Below, piece after piece: positions 21,622 to 31,375 of a stretch of DNA of 64,000 nucleotides. The stretch covers positions 3,853-67,852 of the forward strand of contig JBHASY010000132.1 of NCBI GenBank assembly GCA_041831635.1. Direction: 5' to 3'. Within the stretch, counting starts at the first letter, position 1; each line of letters opens with the position of its first letter. Below the pieces are notes generated by a model. It was not told the DNA's origin and searched no databases. It saw only the letters and a program-made list of their open reading frames with translations. The position numbers and the translations under genes are program-made. The DNA is from Acetoanaerobium sp. (lineage in GTDB: Bacteria > Bacillota > Clostridia > Peptostreptococcales > Filifactoraceae).

Positions 21622-22662
21622 ATGAAAAGACTTATTTTTTCAATCATAGTTTTTATGCTTTTATCAAGTAATTTGGTTTTTAAAAATCAAGTTTTTTCTG
21701 AAAGCAATGAAATTTCAGGGTATAGTGTTATAGACGTTCCCTACATATCACAGTTATATCCTCACAGAGCAGTCGTAGGTTGTGAACCTGCCGCCTTACT
21801 GATGGGACTGAAATACAAAGGTGTGGCTACTGATGTTTCTTTAGAAAATTTTTTAGCTGCTATGCCGAAAACTTCAACTGACCCTGCCAAAGGTTTTGCC
21901 GGTTCTCCTTATACCCCCAGCGAAAAAATAAGAACCACCATATATCCTAAGCCTTTATCCGACTACGCAAATACTTATATGGACGGCATAACCAGAGATA
22001 TATCGGGTTGTGAACTGGATACTATAAAAATGGAACTGTTAAATGGAAATCCTGTGCTTATATACGCTACTATGTGGTGGAATAAACCTTATTACAGACA
22101 GTTTAATATAGAGGGAGAAAAACAGTGGTTACTTAGAAATAATCACGCAGTTCTTCTTACAGGTTATGACTCTGAAAATCAAAAATTTTATGTAGCGGAT
22201 CCATACAATAAATCTGCACCTAAAAAATCTTATTTTTATTGGATAAATGAGTCTAAATTAAAACCTATTTACGATGAGAGAAAATGGGCTATTGCAGTAG
22301 GGGAAACTGCCCCTACGCCGGTTCCGAATTCTTTAGAAGATATCAAACCGGAAGACTTCATAGATGTTTTGATAAATAACAACCCTTATAAAGGAGTGTT
22401 ATTTGAAGAAATCGTATATGTCGACCTTGCACTTGTTTTAGAAAAGGAACTAAATTCTATTTATTCCTATGACCCTAATCTAATGAATGCAACTGTCCGT
22501 TTTGATGGCAAATTCTTCACTATAAGTCTTATAAACGGAAGTATCTATGACGATAAGAACTCTTTTACAGGAAGAATAAGCGATAAAAAACTTGTCATAG
22601 ACGGCAAAACTTATATTGATAAGCAAGATATTGATACCTTGCTTGAACTTTTGAAACAATAA
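21622..22662 (+). CDS. Secreted C39-like (YvpB-type) cysteine peptidase with C-terminal stalk-like region
   Basis: Signal peptide; VPYISQ, GCEPAAL, NNHAVLLTGYD, ADP catalytic Q/C/H/D pattern. Confidence 0.82.
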   Translation: MKRLIFSIIVFMLLSSNLVFKNQVFSESNEISGYSVIDVPYISQLYPHRAVVGCEPAALLMGLKYKGVATDVSLENFLAAMPKTSTDPAKGFAGSPYTPSEKIRTTIYPKPLSDYANTYMDGITRDISGCELDTIKMELLNGNPVLIYATMWWNKPYYRQFNIEGEKQWLLRNNHAVLLTGYDSENQKFYVADPYNKSAPKKSYFYWINESKLKPIYDERKWAIAVGETAPTPVPNSLEDIKPEDFIDVLINNNPYKGVLFEEIVYVDLALVLEKELNSIYSYDPNLMNATVRFDGKFFTISLINGSIYDDKNSFTGRISDKKLVIDGKTYIDKQDIDTLLELLKQ

Positions 22663-22703
22663 ACAGAAAAGTAAACTATATAATATTAGCCTTAAAGATT
22701 TAC

Positions 22704-22807
22704 TCATATAAAAAACATATAAAACCACAGTGCAAGACATTGTACAGCTTTGTTTCAGACAAATCCGTATTTTCGTTTTTTACCGTGGTTTATATGTTTT
22801 TATATGA
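22704..22807. repeat. Long-loop imperfect inverted repeat between convergent genes
   Basis: TCATATAAAAAACATATAAAACCAC (22704-22728) pairs with GTGGTTTATATGTTTTTATATGA (22785-22807), with two 1-nt bulges. Confidence 0.75.
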
Positions 22808-22814
22808 AATTTGC

Positions 22815-23582
22815 TTATTTTATCCCAAAAAACTTAACAGCGTTTTCCATAGTGATTTCAGCTATCTCCTCTACAGTCATTCCCCTTAAAGTTGCTAATT
22901 CTTGTGCCACATATCTGACTTTGGAAGGATCGTTTCGCCTTCCTCTATATGGTTCCGGTGTAAGATACGGAGCATCTGTTTCTATGAAAATTTTATCTAT
23001 AGGAATAATCTTTGCAACTTCCTTTAGCTTGTTGCTCTTTTTAAATGTAAGCGGTCCTGCAAATGAAATATGACAGCCTAAATCCAGATACAGTTTTGCC
23101 ATCTCAATACTCTGACTAAAGCAGTGAAGTACACATCCTATGTCTTTCTTATATTCTTTCAAAATCTCATAGGTTTCCATAGAGGCATCTCTGGAGTGGA
23201 TTATTATAGGCAGATTTAATTTATTTGCAAGTTCCACTTGTTTTATAAAGAACTCTCTTTGTATTTCTCTGGGAGAATTATCATAATAATAATCAAGTCC
23301 TATCTCCCCTATAGCTACCACTTTTTCGTGATTTGACATTTGCTCAAGTTCAACAAAATCTTCCTCTTTCATATCTTTTACATCATGAGGATGAACACCT
23401 ACGGCAGCATAAATTAAATCATATTTTTCGGCTAATTTTATGGCATTTCTTGAAGTTTTCATATCTGCGCCCACATTCACTACGAGCGATATATTGTTTT
23501 CTTTCAGGCTTGATATTAAACTTTCTCTGTCCTCGTCAAACCTCTCGTCATCCAAATGCGCATGTGTATCAAAAAGTCTCAT
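22815..23582 (-). CDS. tatD: TatD family hydrolase
   Basis: DTHAHL, GVHPH, GEIGLDY, HSRDA, HCFS, ETDAPYLTP. Confidence 0.96.
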   Translation of the reverse strand: MRLFDTHAHLDDERFDEDRESLISSLKENNISLVVNVGADMKTSRNAIKLAEKYDLIYAAVGVHPHDVKDMKEEDFVELEQMSNHEKVVAIGEIGLDYYYDNSPREIQREFFIKQVELANKLNLPIIIHSRDASMETYEILKEYKKDIGCVLHCFSQSIEMAKLYLDLGCHISFAGPLTFKKSNKLKEVAKIIPIDKIFIETDAPYLTPEPYRGRRNDPSKVRYVAQELATLRGMTVEEIAEITMENAVKFFGIK

Positions 23583-23613
23583 CTGTCTTTCCTCTATTTT
23601 TCATACATCATTA

Positions 23614-25194
23614 TTATTCTTTCGGCTTAAACATTTCTTCTAAAGCTAGCAGTTCTTTTTCTACATCCAGTCTTGGGAACAGCATTTCGCCTTTTATTAC
23701 CTTGGTGCCTGCCTTTAAGTCTCCAAATCTATGAGCACTTTCAAAAGTTTTGATATCTTCATCTACTAAAAGCTGGTCAAATATTCTTCCGGCAGTTATA
23801 TGAAGAAACGGACTTATCATAACAGTTACTATTCTTAAAGACTCGGCAAGGTTATAAAGTACGGTATCCAGTTCGTCTTTCTTGCTTTCTTCTTTAGCAA
23901 GTACCCAAGGCATAGTTTCGTCTACATACTTGTTGCTTCGTCTTACTACTTTCCAAATTTCTTCCAAAGCCTCATTAAACTGCATTCTGTTCATCGCATC
24001 GTCTACTTTGGCAGGCATACTCTTTGCAACTTGTTTTAACTCGGCGTGGAAAGAGTCAAATACTTTAGCCTCCGGAACTATGCCCCCATTATACTTTTCT
24101 ATCATAGACACCGTTCTTGAAAGCAGGTTCCCAAGATCATTTACAAGGTCTGAATTTATACGGGTTAAGAAGTTCCTGTTTGTATAATTTCCATCCTGCC
24201 CGAAAGTAAACTCTCTAAGCAGGAAGTATTTAAGAGCGTCTATCCCATATCTTTCGATCATAGGCTCGGGATAAACCACATTTCCTTTGGATTTGCTCAT
24301 TTTGTCCTCTGAGAAGAGTATCCAGCCGTGCCCGTAGACCTTTTCAGGAAGAGGAAGATCCAGTGCCATAAGAAGTGCCGGCCAAATGATGGTGTGAAAA
24401 CGCACTATTTCCTTCCCGACTATCTGCACATTTGCAGGCCAGTATCTATTCATTAAACTCTCATCATCAGAAAGATATCCAAGTGCCGTAATATAGTTGG
24501 AAAGAGCGTCTATCCATACATAAATAACGTGTTTTTCATCAAAAGGCACCTTTATTCCCCAATCAAATGAAGAACGTGATACCGACAAATCCTCCAGTCC
24601 CTTGTTTATAAAATTGCTCAGCATTTCATTTTTTCGACTTTCAGGAAAGCAAAACTCGGGATTGTCTTCATAATATTTTTTTAATCGATCGGCGTATTTT
24701 GAGAGCTTAAAAAAATATGACGTTTCTTTTCTATTTTGAACATTCCTGTGACAGTCAGGGCATTTGCCGTCTACAAGCTGAGATTCCGTCCAAAACGCTT
24801 CACAATCTACGCAGTAATGTCCCTCATATTCTCCAAGATAAACATCTCCCTTATCATAAAGTTTTTGGAAAATCTTTTGAACCGACTCCTTATGTCTGTC
24901 ATCTGTGGTTCTTATAAAATCATCGTATGAAATTTCCATAGTCGCCCACAGTTTCTTGATATCCTCTATCATAGTATCGAGGTAATCTTTCGGATTCATT
25001 CCTTTTTCAAGAGCAGTCTTTTGAATTTTCTCACCATGCTCGTCAGTTCCTGTTAAAAATCTTACATCATATCCTGTAAATCTTTTATATCTGGCAATAG
25101 CATCAGCCGCCACTGTAGTATAAGTATGTCCTATGTGAAGTCTGCCGCTGGGATAATATATAGGTGTGGTTACATAAAAAGTTTCCTTTGACAA
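23614..25194 (-). CDS. metG: Methionine-tRNA ligase (no C-terminal tRNA-binding domain)
   Basis: TTPIYY, HIGH, GTDEHG, CxxC..CxxC knuckle, YVWIDAL, KMSKS; TTG start at 25194 after GGAG. Confidence 0.96.
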   Translation of the reverse strand: MSKETFYVTTPIYYPSGRLHIGHTYTTVAADAIARYKRFTGYDVRFLTGTDEHGEKIQKTALEKGMNPKDYLDTMIEDIKKLWATMEISYDDFIRTTDDRHKESVQKIFQKLYDKGDVYLGEYEGHYCVDCEAFWTESQLVDGKCPDCHRNVQNRKETSYFFKLSKYADRLKKYYEDNPEFCFPESRKNEMLSNFINKGLEDLSVSRSSFDWGIKVPFDEKHVIYVWIDALSNYITALGYLSDDESLMNRYWPANVQIVGKEIVRFHTIIWPALLMALDLPLPEKVYGHGWILFSEDKMSKSKGNVVYPEPMIERYGIDALKYFLLREFTFGQDGNYTNRNFLTRINSDLVNDLGNLLSRTVSMIEKYNGGIVPEAKVFDSFHAELKQVAKSMPAKVDDAMNRMQFNEALEEIWKVVRRSNKYVDETMPWVLAKEESKKDELDTVLYNLAESLRIVTVMISPFLHITAGRIFDQLLVDEDIKTFESAHRFGDLKAGTKVIKGEMLFPRLDVEKELLALEEMFKPKE

Positions 25195-25464
25195 AGTAAT
25201 CGCTCCAATCATTTAAAGTATATAGCAACTATCATACAATAACCAAAAATTTATGTCAATTAAAGCCTCGTTAATTGAGCTTGTATTCCTTATTAAAAAT
25301 GTCTAATTTGATGTTAAAGAATAAACAATTGATTTTAAGGTTGTCTTTATTCTAATTACTGATAGAATTAAATTATATAATGCCAAGTTCACGTATATTT
25401 TCTTTATTTTGTATACTCTGTTATTAAATATAAGCAGCATTTATAACATAATAATTCAAAGGAC

Positions 25465-26916
25465 GTGTTTATTCAGATGAGAAATTTGACTATGCTGACA
25501 GACTTATATCAGTTGACGATGATGAACGGTTATTTTAACTCTAACATCCACGAGGATATTTTGGTGTTTGATATGTTTTTCAGAAAAAATCCCAGTTCCG
25601 GAGGTTATACCATAGTTGCGGGCATAGAGCAGGTAATAGATTACATAGAAAACCTGAAATTTTCCGAGAAAGACATATGTTATCTGAGAAGTCTTAATTT
25701 GTTCGGCGAAAAATTTTTAAACTATCTTAAAAACTTTAAATTCACGGGAGAGATATACGCAGCAAAAGAAGGCACTATAATGTTTCCTAATGAACCTGTG
25801 GTAAGGGTAAAAGCTCCTGCCGGAGAAGCTCAGCTAATAGAAACTGCTATCCTTAATATGGTAAATTTTCAGTCTCTAATCGCAACCAAAGCTTCAAGAG
25901 TCTGTTTCAGTGCGAACGGCGACCCTGTGATGGAGTTCGGATTAAGGCGAGCTCAAGGTCCCGACGCAGGTTTTTATGGCGCCAGAGCAGCCGTAATAGG
26001 TGGGTGTGTAGGAACTTCAAATGTGCTTACAGGTCAGGAATTTGAAATTCCTATACTTGGTACTCACGCTCATAGCTGGGTGCAAAAATTTCCGACTGAA
26101 CTTGAAGCATTCAGAGCATATGCATCTACGTATCCTGATAAAACTATGCTTCTTATAGACACCTATAATACACTCGAAAGCGGACTTCCTAACGCTATAA
26201 AAGTTTTTGACGAATTAAGAGAAAAAGGCTATGAACCTTTAGGTGTGAGAATAGATTCAGGGGACTTGGAATACATCTCCAAAGAAGTGAGAAAAATCTT
26301 AGACGAAGCGGGATATCCTGATGTGAAAATAACAGCTTCAAACGACCTGGATGAATATACTATATCTACCTTAAAATCGCAAGGTGCAAAAATCGATATC
26401 TGGGGAGTAGGAACAAAACTGATAACATCCGGCGACTGGCCGTCACTTGGCGGTGTATATAAATTAAGTGCTGCTGTAGAGGACGGTCAGATGATTCCTA
26501 AAATCAAGCTGTCAGAAGATCCTACAAAAATAAATAATCCCGGATATAAAAAAATAATTAGAATCTATGATAAAAGCACAAACAAAGCTGAGGCGGATCT
26601 TATGTTGCTCAGCGATGAAATCATAGACGAAACAAAACCCCTAAAAATTTTTCACCCTGTCTATACCTGGAAGACCAAAGTTTTTCATAACTATTACACA
26701 AAAGAATTGCTTGAGCCGTTGTTCATAGACGGAAAGCTGGTGGCTAAAAGATATAAAGTAAAAGAAATAAAGCAGTATGCTCAAAAAGAAAAAGACTCTT
26801 TCTGGCCACAGTATCTAAGAATTTCATCACCCGGAAGGTATAAGGTGGACTTATCTGAAAAACTTTGGCGACTTAAAAATGAGCTTATTGAGAAAAGAAA
26901 AAAAGATTTACAATAA
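25465..26916 (+). CDS. pncB: Nicotinate phosphoribosyltransferase
   Basis: TDLYQLTM, EFGLRRAQG, GTHAHS, DTY, RIDSGDL, GGVYKL. Confidence 0.96.
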   Translation: MFIQMRNLTMLTDLYQLTMMNGYFNSNIHEDILVFDMFFRKNPSSGGYTIVAGIEQVIDYIENLKFSEKDICYLRSLNLFGEKFLNYLKNFKFTGEIYAAKEGTIMFPNEPVVRVKAPAGEAQLIETAILNMVNFQSLIATKASRVCFSANGDPVMEFGLRRAQGPDAGFYGARAAVIGGCVGTSNVLTGQEFEIPILGTHAHSWVQKFPTELEAFRAYASTYPDKTMLLIDTYNTLESGLPNAIKVFDELREKGYEPLGVRIDSGDLEYISKEVRKILDEAGYPDVKITASNDLDEYTISTLKSQGAKIDIWGVGTKLITSGDWPSLGGVYKLSAAVEDGQMIPKIKLSEDPTKINNPGYKKIIRIYDKSTNKAEADLMLLSDEIIDETKPLKIFHPVYTWKTKVFHNYYTKELLEPLFIDGKLVAKRYKVKEIKQYAQKEKDSFWPQYLRISSPGRYKVDLSEKLWRLKNELIEKRKKDLQ

Positions 26917-26948
26917 CTGAAATTAAAAATTATTATGCTCTAGCGATA

Positions 26949-26998
26949 AAAAATGTCCTGTTATATGATTTGTTTTCTCATAATTATAGGACATTTTT
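26949..26998. terminator. Bidirectional terminator between pncB and SLH protein gene
   Basis: AAAAATGTCCT..AGGACATTTTT arms. Confidence 0.75.
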
Positions 26999-27075
26999 AT
27001 TCTTGATTTACTTATATTTCCAAATATACTTTTTAAATCCTGTATAAATTTATCAATTATTTTTTCCTCAAAATC

Positions 27076-28815
27076 TTAATAATACTGCATACTAACTATT
27101 ATTCTTTCGGCATCAAGTCCGCCTAATCTTTCTGCCCCTACTACGGTTACATCGTCTCCTTTATATATTTGTCTGGCATTTAAGCTTTTTCCTGTTTTTA
27201 TATCTTCTATCTCTGTGCTGTTTTTATAGTATACTTTTATAATCTTTCCATCTGCTGTTTTGATTTCGATAAATCCATCTCTTTCGTCATTAAACTCAAC
27301 TTTTCCCATATACATAGATTGCTTATAGTTTCCGTCTGTATGGATTTCTTCTATTATACTGCCGTCTATATATACATCTACCTCATAGCCTTGCTCAAGG
27401 TCGGTTATATAAGCACGCTTACCTTCAAATCTAATTTGAGTATTTCTGTTGACATCTAATCTATACTCTTTATTATCGGCATCAGCCACTACTATTTGAG
27501 TTTTTTCAGAAGATATCAGTATTTGCTTTATTACACCGCTTTTTATTCTGGACTTTACACTTTCAGCTTCTACAGATGTAATTTTGCTGTTTTCTATCAC
27601 TATTTTAGCTTTGTCATTTATTCCAAGTTCTTTTATATCATATATTTGGGAGCCATTTCTGGTAATGCTGATATTATCTGCCACCTCATACCTTTCTTCT
27701 TTACCATTTTCATCTATAATTAAGCTTCTGTTTCTAATATCAACTATAGTAGCAACCAAAGTTTTATTTATATTTTCGACAGTATTTTGTGCTCTTTCAG
27801 CTATTATGATACTTCTCGCCTTGTTTCCCTCTTCATAAAGAACTTTGACCTTGTCTTTAATTTTCAGGTCTGAAAGGCTTGCAACAGAATTTCCGATTTT
27901 TATTTGAATCATAGAGCTCTTGTTTCCAAATGAATGAAACATCCCTGTATCTGATGAAACGGTAAAACTCACATCATCTCCTACAGTAGTAACAAGTTCA
28001 ACTGTTCCGTCCATAATTTTCAAAGACTCATTTGCCACAGCCTGCGTTCCTGTAGACGGTATAGTATTCTTAGGCTGCACATCTGTGATGTTGTTAGTTC
28101 CTGCCGAAGCTGTATCTTTATTTACGGTAGGAGGAGATAATTGACTTGCATACTGATATGCATTTGAAAGCATAACCGCCATCTCGGCACGTGTTACGTG
28201 TCTTTGGGCACCGAAGTTGCCGTTTTGGTCGCCTTTTTCACCTATTATACCCTTCTTTATCATTATGTCTATATATGGTATAGCCTGAACAGGTATAGTT
28301 TGCATATCTTTATATTTCAAAACTGCCGTCTTTGCAAGTTCTCCCTCAAAGTTTAAAGCTCTTACCATATATACTATAACCTCATAGCGAAATGCTTGAT
28401 TTTGAACATTTTTTTGAGATTGATTCATTATTTTTGACAAAAAATCGTCAGTGTCGGGAATTATATTATTTTCAATAGCAAAAACCACATACTGCCATGA
28501 CCAGTCAGGTATCTTGTAGTTAATAAGCTTGCTCTCCCACACATCTTTTTTTGCTGAGTAAACTTGATTTATCTGTTCTATATTAAATAATTTACTTATC
28601 ATAATTATAGCTTCCAGCCTGCTTACAGAATTATCAGGTTTAAAACTGCCGTCTTCATATCCACTGATGATTTGCTTGTCTTTTATATTTTTAACATAAC
28701 TTTCTGCCCAGTGTTTACCCATGTCAGTATATGAGGCGGCAAATGAAGTCATAAAACCTGTTAGCACCATTGCACTGCAAAGCAAAACCGACACTGCCAC
28801 TTTTCCACTTTTCAT
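27076..28815 (-). CDS. S-layer homology (SLH) domain surface protein with C-terminal beta repeats
   Basis: Signal peptide; YTDMGKHWAE..IISGYEDGSFKPDNSVSRLE and VTRAEMA SLH motifs; repeated L.DLK.GD.V.V-type units. Confidence 0.88.
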   Translation of the reverse strand: MKSGKVAVSVLLCSAMVLTGFMTSFAASYTDMGKHWAESYVKNIKDKQIISGYEDGSFKPDNSVSRLEAIIMISKLFNIEQINQVYSAKKDVWESKLINYKIPDWSWQYVVFAIENNIIPDTDDFLSKIMNQSQKNVQNQAFRYEVIVYMVRALNFEGELAKTAVLKYKDMQTIPVQAIPYIDIMIKKGIIGEKGDQNGNFGAQRHVTRAEMAVMLSNAYQYASQLSPPTVNKDTASAGTNNITDVQPKNTIPSTGTQAVANESLKIMDGTVELVTTVGDDVSFTVSSDTGMFHSFGNKSSMIQIKIGNSVASLSDLKIKDKVKVLYEEGNKARSIIIAERAQNTVENINKTLVATIVDIRNRSLIIDENGKEERYEVADNISITRNGSQIYDIKELGINDKAKIVIENSKITSVEAESVKSRIKSGVIKQILISSEKTQIVVADADNKEYRLDVNRNTQIRFEGKRAYITDLEQGYEVDVYIDGSIIEEIHTDGNYKQSMYMGKVEFNDERDGFIEIKTADGKIIKVYYKNSTEIEDIKTGKSLNARQIYKGDDVTVVGAERLGGLDAERIIVSMQYY

Positions 28816-29030
28816 ATTTATCCCTCCTATAATTTTATAATATATCTTAAATTACATACTTTATACTTTGTAATAATACGTACAAACATATACAACTTAA
28901 TAAGAAAAATCTTACTTAACTTTGTATAAAATATGAGATGAAAAAGAAGCTAAAATTTAAAACCCATATCTTCCAAAGATTAAGTATCATCTTTTCACTT
29001 AAGTGTATATGTTTAATTTAGCTCTAAAAA

Positions 29031-29068
29031 GCTATATAGCAATTATAATGCTATATAGTAATTATAAT
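29031..29068. repeat. 19-bp tandem duplication built from palindromes
   Basis: GCTATATAGCAATTATAAT followed by GCTATATAGTAATTATAAT; also folds as CTATATAGCA/TGCTATATAG hairpin just downstream of galU. Confidence 0.8.
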
Positions 29069-29099
29069 GTAAAAATATTTCTTTATGAATACAATCTTA

Positions 29100-29981
29100 T
29101 TACATATTGCATTTTACGTTAACAGTCTTTTTCATATACTCTAAAAACCCGTCTCTTATATCAGGATTCTTCAATGCAAAATCGACTGTTGCCTCTAAAA
29201 ATCCCAGCTTATCTCCTACATCATAACGCTTACCCTCAAATATATAAGCATACATAGCCTGATTCTTGCATAGGGTTTTTAGTCCGTCGGTAAGCTGAAT
29301 TTCTCCATTTTTACCGGCTTTTGTATTTTCTAAAATATCAAATATCTCAGGAGTTATAATATATCTGCCCAGTATCGCTATGTTTGAAGGTGCTGTCTCT
29401 ATATCGGGTTTTTCTACTAAGTCTTTGACCTTATAAATACCGTTTTCAATATATTTTCCGTCGACTATACCGTATTTGTTGACATCTTCACTTGCCACAG
29501 GTTGCACTCCTAAAATAGTAGTGTGATATTCTTCATAAGCCTCTATAAGCTGCTTTAAGCAAGGCTTCTTTGCATCTACTATATCATCCCCGAGCATAAC
29601 GGCAAACGGCTCATCTCCTATAAAACTCTTTGCACAATGTATAGCGTGCCCTAAGCCGTTAGGTTCTTTTTGTCTTATATAATGTATATTTATCATATTG
29701 CTTATATTTCTGACCTCTTCAAGTAAATCCATTTTTCCTTTTTGCTCTAACTCCAGCTCTAACTCTACAGATTTATCAAAATGGTCTTCTATGGATTTTT
29801 TATTTCTCCCCGTGATAATTAGAATTTCTTTTATATCAGAAGCTACTGCTTCCTCTATTATATACTGAAGTGTCGGCTTATCTACTATTGGAAGCATTTC
29901 TTTCGGCTGTGCCTTAGTCGCAGGCAAAAACCTCGTTCCGAGTCCCGCTGCCGGTATTATAGCTTTCTTTACGGTGTACAT
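29100..29981 (-). CDS. galU: UTP-glucose-1-phosphate uridylyltransferase
   Basis: IPAAGLGTRFLPATKAQPKEMLP, GLGHA, VEKP, GEIQLTD. Confidence 0.97.
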   Translation of the reverse strand: MYTVKKAIIPAAGLGTRFLPATKAQPKEMLPIVDKPTLQYIIEEAVASDIKEILIITGRNKKSIEDHFDKSVELELELEQKGKMDLLEEVRNISNMINIHYIRQKEPNGLGHAIHCAKSFIGDEPFAVMLGDDIVDAKKPCLKQLIEAYEEYHTTILGVQPVASEDVNKYGIVDGKYIENGIYKVKDLVEKPDIETAPSNIAILGRYIITPEIFDILENTKAGKNGEIQLTDGLKTLCKNQAMYAYIFEGKRYDVGDKLGFLEATVDFALKNPDIRDGFLEYMKKTVNVKCNM

Positions 29982-30212
29982 ATTTAACCTCCATGTATTA
30001 AGTTTAAACTGCTTATATTTATTTTAATAAAATATTTTTTGTTTGCCCTTTATATCGTCTGATATTATGTAGCTTTTTAATATATGAAATTTTATTCTGC
30101 GAGATGCTGTTTTTATAATACCTATCTTCAATTTTAAATATTATACCATATTTTATGTATTCTTCACTTTTCAAGTGAAAATAATCTATATAAGGAGAAT
30201 CCAATTTTTTAA

Positions 30213-30244
30213 TTTTTCCCACCTTTTTATTATTACCTGCATAT
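30213..30244 (+). promoter_or_regulatory. Bipartite promoter-like motif upstream of DUF1659-DUF2922
   Basis: TTTTTCCCACCTTTT-N10-TGCATAT, near-identical to the motif at 53753-53784 (minus). Confidence 0.65.
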
Positions 30245-30268
30245 ATTCGTCTGAAAGGAGGGAGCAAA

Positions 30269-30490
30269 ATGATAGAAAAAACTTCAATGCCAAGCTCCAT
30301 CAGACTTAAGTACCTTACCGGAACAGATTCAAACGGTAAGGACGTGTTCAAAACCAGAGTCATAAACAATATAAATTCGTCTGCTACCGACGAAGTTGTT
30401 TATGGTCTTAAAGCTATGCTTGAGGAAGTTCAAAACTCATCTATAGCGGAGTTCGTAAGAGTTGATACCGGCAAACTCACACAAAACTAA
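30269..30490 (+). CDS. DUF1659 family small protein
   Basis: 73 aa, L.Y.TG.D.NGK.V.K....NN....ATDE pattern; strong RBS AAGGAGG. Confidence 0.8.
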   Translation: MIEKTSMPSSIRLKYLTGTDSNGKDVFKTRVINNINSSATDEVVYGLKAMLEEVQNSSIAEFVRVDTGKLTQN

Positions 30491-30503
30491 AAGGAGGTAA
30501 ACT

Positions 30504-30719
30504 ATGAATACTACACTAAACCTTGTATTTGAAAAGGCAAGTGGCAAAAAACACACTATGAAAATAGCAGATGCCAAGCCCAGCCAAGACCCTGTAAAAG
30601 TCAAAGCTCTAATGCAACACATTGTAGATAACAACCTTATCTACGTAAAAGGAGACAGCATAGTAGGCATTTCAAAAGCCGAACTTCAAAATGTTACACA
30701 AAATCCAATCGAACTGTAG
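30504..30719 (+). CDS. DUF2922 family small protein
   Basis: 71 aa, L.LVF....GK...MKIADAK......VKALM..I pattern; RBS AAGGAGG; paired with DUF1659. Confidence 0.8.
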   Translation: MNTTLNLVFEKASGKKHTMKIADAKPSQDPVKVKALMQHIVDNNLIYVKGDSIVGISKAELQNVTQNPIEL

Positions 30720-30726
30720 AAAGTCG

Positions 30727-30756
30727 AAAAAGTGGTGCAAATTGCACCACTTTTTT
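30727..30756. terminator. Bidirectional terminator
   Basis: Perfect arms AAAAAGTGGTGCAA / TTGCACCACTTTTT. Confidence 0.85.
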
Positions 30757-30837
30757 ATTTGTCTCATTTAATCAACTTTTTTGAATTTATGATAATCTCT
30801 AAATCGCTAAAATTACATAGGGTATTCTTGTCAGTAA

Positions 30838-31341
30838 TTATTTTCTGAGGATTTTTTCAAAAGCAATTTTCTCACTGTCGTCAAAGCAAACCGTTCCACA
30901 ATAGGTAAAACCGTTTTTCTTGAGAATATGCTTCATTTTTTGGTTGTCTGCATCAGTATCCACACGAAACGCATTGATACCTTTTTCCAAGGCATATTGT
31001 TCTACCAGTCGAAACACGGCACTGCTAATTCCTTTTCCTCTGGCTCAGTCAGACAGTGCCAGTCGGTGTACTACAACATACTGACCATCGCTTATCCATT
31101 CACCATTCAAATTATCATAAGCAGGCTCACTGTCAAAATCTATAAAAAGATAACCAAGAATTTGCGTTTCATCTGATATAAAGTATCCTTTTTTTGCAGC
31201 GATGTCTCTACGGATGCAAGCCTCATCAGGGTAGCCGGTTTGCCACTGATCAATTCCCTGATCTTTCAAATGTTGTTTTGCAGCGTTAATCATATTCATC
31301 GCCAATTCAAAATTTTCTTCTTTTGCAATTTGAAGTTTCAT
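30838..31341 (-). pseudogene. GNAT acetyltransferase interrupted by one in-frame TGA
   Basis: GIDQWQTGYP..VVVHRLALSD-TGA(31045-31047)-ARGKGISSAVF..FRVDTDADNQKMKHILKKNGFTYCG..AFEKILRK-TAA(30838), all in one frame. Confidence 0.85.
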
Positions 31342-31375
31342 ACGCTTTTCTCCTTTTGACTGACTTTGTTATATT

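Noticed and set aside
30019-30369. 116-aa minus-strand ORF upstream of galU
   Set aside because: Overlaps DUF1659 antisense and AT-rich promoter DNA; no RBS or motif
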